From NCBI GenBank assembly GCA_012295275.1, contig CM022677.1:6076001-6140000 (forward strand): a stretch of DNA of 64,000 nucleotides, written 5' to 3'. Below, one piece after another: positions 57,247 to 64,000 of this stretch. The notes under the pieces are model-generated. The model was not told where the DNA came from. It saw only the letters and a list, made by a program, of their open reading frames with translations, and ran no database searches. The translations under genes and the position numbers were made by a program. The DNA comes from Chrysomallon squamiferum (taxonomy: Eukaryota; Animalia; Mollusca). Within the stretch, counting starts at the first letter, position 1. Every line of letters starts with the position of its first letter.

Positions 57247-58391
57247 GTTCACTGCAGCAAAACTAACTCATTTATTAAACGTATTGAATCCTGTTGAAAA
57301 AAAGCAAACAAACAAACAAAAAAAACACAACAATTTTTTGGCAGAACCAAGTTCAAACTAAATCCGTACACAATAATTTTTGGAATCAAGCACACAAACG
57401 TGGCGGCAACTTTGCATCGAATTTAGGGATTATTTTTCTATCCGTCAGTGTAGATGTCCGTGTGTTGTTTGTAGTGGTCGTTTGCTGCTGCCAAAAAAAT
57501 GGCTTTTTTGAACGGTGGGATCTCTGTTTTGTCAGTTTCTCTTTTGATCAGGAAAGGTGTGTTCATTGTCGGTTTTGTTTCTTTGTGGTATGTCCCCAGT
57601 GACATTTCCCCTATTCCTGTTTCCCTTTCGATATGCGTATTAATTAGAGTAAGTTTAAATACTGCTGTTCACAAATGTGTTATGATGGTTCACCATCATT
57701 ATTATTATTATTATTATTATCATCATTATTAAAAGTTGATTTGTAAGTGAGAAAGTCTGAGGTAATAATGGCGTATTACTTTAGCTCCTTTTCAGCGGCC
57801 GCGCCTCACATTTTTCTTTCGTAATTCAGCAACATCGAAGCTGTAATAACATGTTGTAGATAACGCTGCATCCGAAACACTGTGTTACCTGTAAGTGTGA
57901 TAGGCCTGCATCAAAGCTGAACAGGCCTACACGTCTACAGACACAGTCAGTGACGAAATCAAAGGCAAGTTGTGTTAAAAGAAGTATACAAGTACAGAAG
58001 TGTGATCACTGCACATGTAAAATGGAACTGAAGTCTGTAGCGAAAAAAACAACAACGGCTTCACAACTAAATATCCATTGTTGTTCTTGTTATTATTTAT
58101 TATTACCATCATTATCAACATCATGATAATTATTATAATTAATATTGTTGTCGTTGTTGTTGTTGTATCATTTGTCTTCATTTCCATATGATAATAAAAA
58201 CAACAGCAACAGCAGCAGCAACAATAATAACAACAACAACAACAACAACAACAATAATAACTGACAGTGGACGGATGAAACCCTGCAGCTCTTTTCCTTT
58301 TCTCTCGTCATAATTTTTTTTCATTTTTTATTTTTTTCAAATTATTTTTTTCTTAATAATTATTCTTTCTTTCTTTCTTTCTTTCTTTCAT

Positions 58392-58425
<34 letters not shown>

Positions 58426-58948
58426 CTGCTGTCTTTAATGTGATATTGACATCGGTAGTGAGTTCCGAGACCCACTTTTCAAAATATTGTTATACTTTAT
58501 TACTAGGAAAGGCTGGTACCAGTATACCTGGAATGTATAAATTACACTGGGTCTATTATAGAGCAGAGCCGAGCCGACCCTACCCGAGTGTAGCCGAACG
58601 GAGCTGAGCTGAGATCGGTTCCCATGGCAACGGTGAGATGAACGTTAGAAAACTGGGTCTCTGTGCTCGCTACCGATGTCAATTTCGCCTTAAAGACTGC
58701 ACAAAAATTAAGAATAAAAAATAATTAAAAAAAAAAACTTTATTGACAGTGATACTTTACAGTCCATCACCACGAAAGACGAAATGCTGTTCACAACAAC
58801 AACAGCAGCAGCAGCAGCACCACCACCATCACCACCACCACCACCAACAACAACAGCAATAATGCAAATTTTCCTGCAAAATGACACGTGAACACAGGAT
58901 AAGTACGAAACCTTTCTATTATTATCATTACCGCTACTACTAGTACTA

Positions 58949-58990
<42 letters not shown>

Positions 58991-59153
58991 GTATAGTATA
59001 GTACAGTACCGTAGATGCACAGACACACACACACACGCATGGCGCTTTCTTTCTTTCTTTGTTTCTTTGAGTAGAAGAAGAACAAGAAGATCGAATACTG
59101 CCAGCGCTTTCTTTTTCTTTTTTTTTTTTATTTTTTTTTATTTTTTTTTTTTA

Positions 59154-59185
<32 letters not shown>

Positions 59186-59281
59186 GTCATTTTTTTTTTT
59201 TTTTTTTTTTACATATTTTTTTATTTTATTTATTCTTTTTTTTTTTTTGTCATTTTTTTTATTTTATCATCATCATTATTA

Positions 59282-59340
<59 letters not shown>

Positions 59341-59414
59341 GCCATCGTTATCGTTATTTAGCGCACGCAATAAGAACAACAAAGATAAATAGACCTCGGT
59401 TCGTTAAAGCGATC

Positions 59415-59533
59415 GTCTACGGCCACACCACGTTGAAAACACCGGTTCTCGTCCGATCACCGAAGTTAAGCAACGCAGGGCTCGGACAGTACTTGGATGG
59501 GTGACCGCCTGGGAACACCGAGTGCCGTAGACA
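59415..59533 (+). rRNA. 5S rRNA: 5S rRNA gene, copy 2
   Basis: Identical to copy 1; followed by the CGCCTTTTT terminator. Confidence 0.98.
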
Positions 59534-59865
59534 CGCCTTTTTCTTTCTTTTCTTTGTTTGTTTCTTACTTTCTTTCTTACTTTCTTACTTTCTTACTTTC
59601 TTTCTTCTTTCTTTCTTTCTTTCTTTCTTTCTTATTTTAAGAGCAACAGCAAGAGCCAATTGACATCGGTAGCGAGTGTGTGCGTGGGCGCAGGTTTTGG
59701 AGTGACCGTGTTGTGTATGTCTGATTGTGTGTGTACGTATGTTTGTTATTTCAGAACGCGCCTGTGTGTGTGCGTGTGCGTGTGAAAAAGGTATCTTCCA
59801 ACGTAAAATTGAATTGCGAGATCACGACGGCGCGATAATTAATGTATTTTCATTTCGATTTTATT

Positions 59866-59922
<57 letters not shown>

Positions 59923-60204
59923 GCCATCGTTATCGTTGTCGTTATTCAGCGCACGCAATAAGAAGAACGAAGATAAATAGACGTCGGTTCGTCTTTTTTT
60001 CTTGTTTTTCTTTTTTTTTTTCTTTCTTTTTTTTTTTCAAATTTTCAGGCACTGCCGGACAATTCGGCAGTTGCCTCATCTATTGACGAATAACCTACCC
60101 ATTTACAATTGACCAGGTTCTCTTCGAACATTAAAAATGATTAAATTCTGTCTTAATTGAAAATAACGACGATTACGATTTAATTTATAAAATGATCAGA
60201 CACG

Positions 60205-60248
<44 letters not shown>

Positions 60249-61372
60249 GCAGTTAGTCCGAAAACATCTTTACGAATGGAAGATCGAGCCCACTCCACAG
60301 ACGACAGTGTGCCTAGTGTGCGTCGGTGCCGTGGACTCGGTCTTGCATGCGTTTTTTTGTTCACTGCAGCAAAACTAACTCATTTATTAAACGTATTGAA
60401 CCCTGTTGAAAAAAAGCAAATAAACCAAAAGAAAAAAAAACACAACAATTTTTTTGGCAGCACCAAGTTCAAACTAAATCCATATAGAATGATTTTTGGA
60501 ATCAAGCACACAAACGTGGCGGCAACTTTGCATCGAATTTAGAGATTATTTTTCTCTGGTAATTTCGACGACTACACGAAACGAGAATTATTAGAGGGAG
60601 ATAAGCCGTGTAAGGAAATGAAGGCTGTGACAGTGGACGGATGAAACCCGATGTGTTTTTTCCTTTTCTCTCGTCACATATATATATATATATATTTTTT
60701 TTTTATTATTTTTTTATATATATATATTTTTTCTTAATATTCATTTCTTTATTTTTATTTTCTTTTTTTTTTTTTTCTTATTTTCTTTTTTTTTTTATTT
60801 ATTTATTTATTTTTTTTTTTTGACCACCGTGTTGTGTATATCTGATTGTGTGTGTACGTATGATATTTCAACTCGCGCCTGCGTCCGTCGGTTTCGGTTT
60901 GAAAAGGTGTCTTCCAATGTAAAACTGAATTGGCACATCACGACGGCGCGATTATTAATGCATTTCAATTTCAATGTTTCCTTTTTTTTTTTTTATTTAT
61001 TTTAGTTTTTTTTTTAGTCATTTAGAAAATAAGTAAGTAAATGGCTTTTTTCTTTTTCTCTCGTCCGCCGAGTGGAGTGCAGTCGACCCGACCCGACCTG
61101 ACCCGACCCGACCCTACCCGAGTGTAGCCGAACGGAGCTGAGCTGAGATCGGTTCCCATGGCAACGGTGAGATGAACGTTAGAAAACTGGGTCTCGGTAC
61201 TCGCTACCGATGTCAATTTCGCCTTAAAGACTGCACAAAATTAAGAATAAAAAAAAAAAAAAAAACATAAAAAAATAAAAAATTATTGACAGTGACACAA
61301 TTTACAGTCCATCACCACGAAAGACGAAATGCTGTTCACAACAACAACAACAACAGCAGCAGCAGCAGCACC

Positions 61373-61403
<31 letters not shown>

Positions 61404-61510
61404 GCAATAATGCTAATTTCGTGCAAAATGACTCGTGAACACAGGATAAGTGCGAAACCTTTCTATTATTATGATTACCGCTACTACTACTACTACTACT
61501 ACTACTACTA

Positions 61511-61552
<42 letters not shown>

Positions 61553-61761
61553 CATTATTACCGTAGATGCACAGACCGTAGATGCACACACACACACACA
61601 TGGCGCTTTCTTTCTTTCTTTCTTTCTTTGAGTTGAAGAAGAAGAACAAGAAGATCGAATACTGCCAGCGCTTTATTTTTCTTTTTTTATTTCTTTATTT
61701 TTCTTTTCTTTTCTTTTTTATTATTTTTTTTTATTTTTTTTTTTTTTTTTTTCCTTCTATT

Positions 61762-61794
<33 letters not shown>

Positions 61795-61961
61795 CATATT
61801 TTTATTTTAACTTTTTACATATTTTATTTTATTTATTCTTTTTTCATTTATTATTATTATTATTATTTTCATTTTATTATTATTATTGCCATCGTCATCG
61901 TTATTTAGCGCACGCAATAAGAACAACAAAGATAAATAGACCTCGGTTCGTTAAAGCGATC

Positions 61962-62080
61962 GTCTACGGCCACACCACGTTGAAAACACCGGTTCTCGTC
62001 CGATCACCGAAGTTAAGCAACGCAGGGCTCGGACAGTACTTGGATGGGTGACCGCCTGGGAACACCGAGTGCCGTAGACA
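61962..62080 (+). rRNA. 5S rRNA: 5S rRNA gene, copy 3
   Basis: Identical to copy 1; followed by the CGCCTTTTT terminator. Confidence 0.98.
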
Positions 62081-62396
62081 CGCCTTTTTCTTTCTTACTT
62101 TCTTCGTTTCTGTCTTTCTTTCTTATTTTAAGAGCAATAGGAAGAGCCAATTGACATCGGTAGCGAGTGTGTGCGTGGGCGCAGGTTTTGGAGTGACCGT
62201 GTTGTGTATGTCTGATTGTGTGTGTACGTATGTTTGTTATTTCAGAACGCGCCTGTGTGTATGCGTGTTCGTATGTGTGCGTGTGCGTGTGTGCGCGTGC
62301 CGGTTCGAAAAAGGTTATCTTCCAGCGTAAAATTGAATTGCGAGATCACGACGGCGCGATAATTAATGTATTTTCATTTCGATTTTATTATCATCA

Positions 62397-62449
<53 letters not shown>

Positions 62450-62518
62450 GCCATCGTTATTGTTGTCGTTATTCAGCGCATGCAATAAGAAGAACGAAGA
62501 TAAATAGACGTCGGTTCG

Positions 62519-62557
<39 letters not shown>

Positions 62558-62694
62558 CTTTCTTTTTCTTTCAAATTTGCAGTCACTGCCGGACAATTCG
62601 GCAGTTGCCTCATCTATTGACGAATAACCTACCCATTTACAATTGACCAGGTTCTCTTCGAACAATAAAAATGATTTATTTTGTTTATGTTCAG

Positions 62695-64000
62695 AACATT
62701 TTTTTATTGACGGAAAGCTGTAATCTTGAGGATGTACCCGGAAAACAAGGTGAGCCCCAACCAGGACTGAGTTGCAACCCACAATACGTTACTGCTTCCC
62801 CAGAACCACACAATCTATTGGATAGCAGTTTACTCTGGGGAGAAGATTCAGAGGAACCTGCCATTCCAATATTGACAAAACCACCCATGAAAACCAGACA
62901 AACAAAAAACTGCCAGTCATGCAAGTTATTAAATAACTCCTTAACAAATATGAGACTAAAACAGCTACAGCTTCAAAGGTCTACACAGATTGCAATCCGA
63001 GATGTGAGAGTACAGCAAAAGTAAAAGGGATATGTAAAATTCTTAAACCAAACAATCAGACGGAAAGAGGAACAGATAGCAAAATTTCAAGAACAAAGTA
63101 CCGTTTCAAAGGTGATCATGCATGAGGCAAAATCTACTCTGTCAAACTTTAAAAAAACACACGAACAAATGAAAAAGTACCACAGCGAAAAAAAGAATAA
63201 AACTGAATCAGAAGCTCTGCTCTCTGCCGAAAACGAAATTTCTGAACTTAAAATAAAACTTGAAATAAAACAAAAGGAGATAATTGATCTCCAGAGAGAT
63301 AAAATCCTGCTTGAAGAAAAGCTTCATGAGTCAGTTAGTAAATTAAAATTGACAAAGTATAATGGAAAGGTCTATTCTGCAGACCTAAGAATGATGGTGT
63401 TTGATGCCGTTGTTAATCAGGTGCCAACCAGCAATATCCCTGTTCTTCTTCAGAATATTTTTTGGTGGTGTGGTGTTCAACTGAAGGACATCCCACACAG
63501 AACCACTACTGAGGCAATGACAAGGGAACTTGGAGTAATAACGGAATTACAGGCAGCTGAAGCTGTAATTGAGAATAAAAGCTGCACACTTGGGTTTGAT
63601 GCCACAACACAGGAGGCACACGTGTAAAAGTGTCCACATTGCCACACCAGAGAACTGTTATATTGCTGCAGTTGATGAACTGGCTGGTGGGACTGCTGAT
63701 GATTACCATGAGCACATATCCGACTCCATTAAGAACTTACCAGAACATACTCAAAATTTCATGAGGATGATTATCAAACTGCAAGAACAAAAATAATTTC
63801 TAATATTTGCAATACCCTTACTGATCGATGCACTGCAAATCATGCTGCAATTCAGCTTCTGAATGAAACGTGGAGCAAAACACTCAATGAATTAAATTGC
63901 CATTTGCATCCATTGGACTCAATTGCAACAAAAAACTCTTGCTGCTCTAAAGGTATGTGAAGCAGAAATCAGAATAGAAAAGAAAATTAAAGGGACAGAC
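62695..64000 (+). mobile_element. Disrupted DDE DNA transposase with CxxH motif, truncated by the window end
   Basis: ORFs 62671-63024 and 63112-63627 share a frame across one stop. Coiled coil, then TLGFDATTQE (D1) [fs] SVHI...DELAGGTADDY [fs] NTLTDRCTANH (D2)...LNELNCHLHPLD (CxxH), the layout seen in the hAT/P/MuDR/Kolobok/Dada group. Confidence 0.78.

Larger units (their letters stand above)
55190..62694 (+). repeat. 5S rDNA tandem array, three units with long modular spacers (5S-to-5S spacing 3242 and 2547 bp)
   Basis: Conserved spacer blocks separated by variable microsatellites recur at ~55.2, 58.6 and 61.0 kb. Confidence 0.9.

Noticed and set aside
57325-57390. Sm-site-like AATTTTTGG suggesting an SL RNA or U snRNA linked to 5S
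   Set aside because: No recognisable U1/U2/U4/U5 or spliced-leader sequence, donor site or flanking stems; the motif differs between units.
60047-60120. Hairpin GGCACTGCCG/CGGCAGTTGCC or a possible upstream transposase exon
   Set aside because: Pairing is disrupted in unit 1, all three frames contain stops and the donor is weak.

Overview
AT-rich, microsatellite-dense, intron-containing animal genomic DNA; the TRIM-NHL style and the 5S sequence suggest a mollusc, but that is inference. There is one clearly intact gene, a two-exon RING/coiled-coil/NHL-like (TRIM-NHL-type, no B-box) gene at 2345-4428. A mosaic of mostly decayed exons (TSP1, LRR, Pro-rich) lies between two nested inverted-repeat pairs at 8.9-32.1 kb. 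A tandem family of tiny spliced acidic-peptide genes lies on the minus strand at 33.7-37.8 kb. There is also a CUB-TM-PPxY pseudogene, an ankyrin-like pseudogene next to a 200-N gap, several DNA-transposon relics (pogo/PHD-like, MULE, Merlin/ISXO2, Academ/XPG-like, MITEs) and three identical 5S rRNA genes. Each 5S gene sits inside a ~1 kb cassette bounded by a perfect 19-20 bp inverted repeat, and the array runs into a disrupted DDE/CxxH transposase at the window end. Most ORFs in the supplied track are microsatellite artefacts. All domain calls are by eye from motifs, not from database searches.
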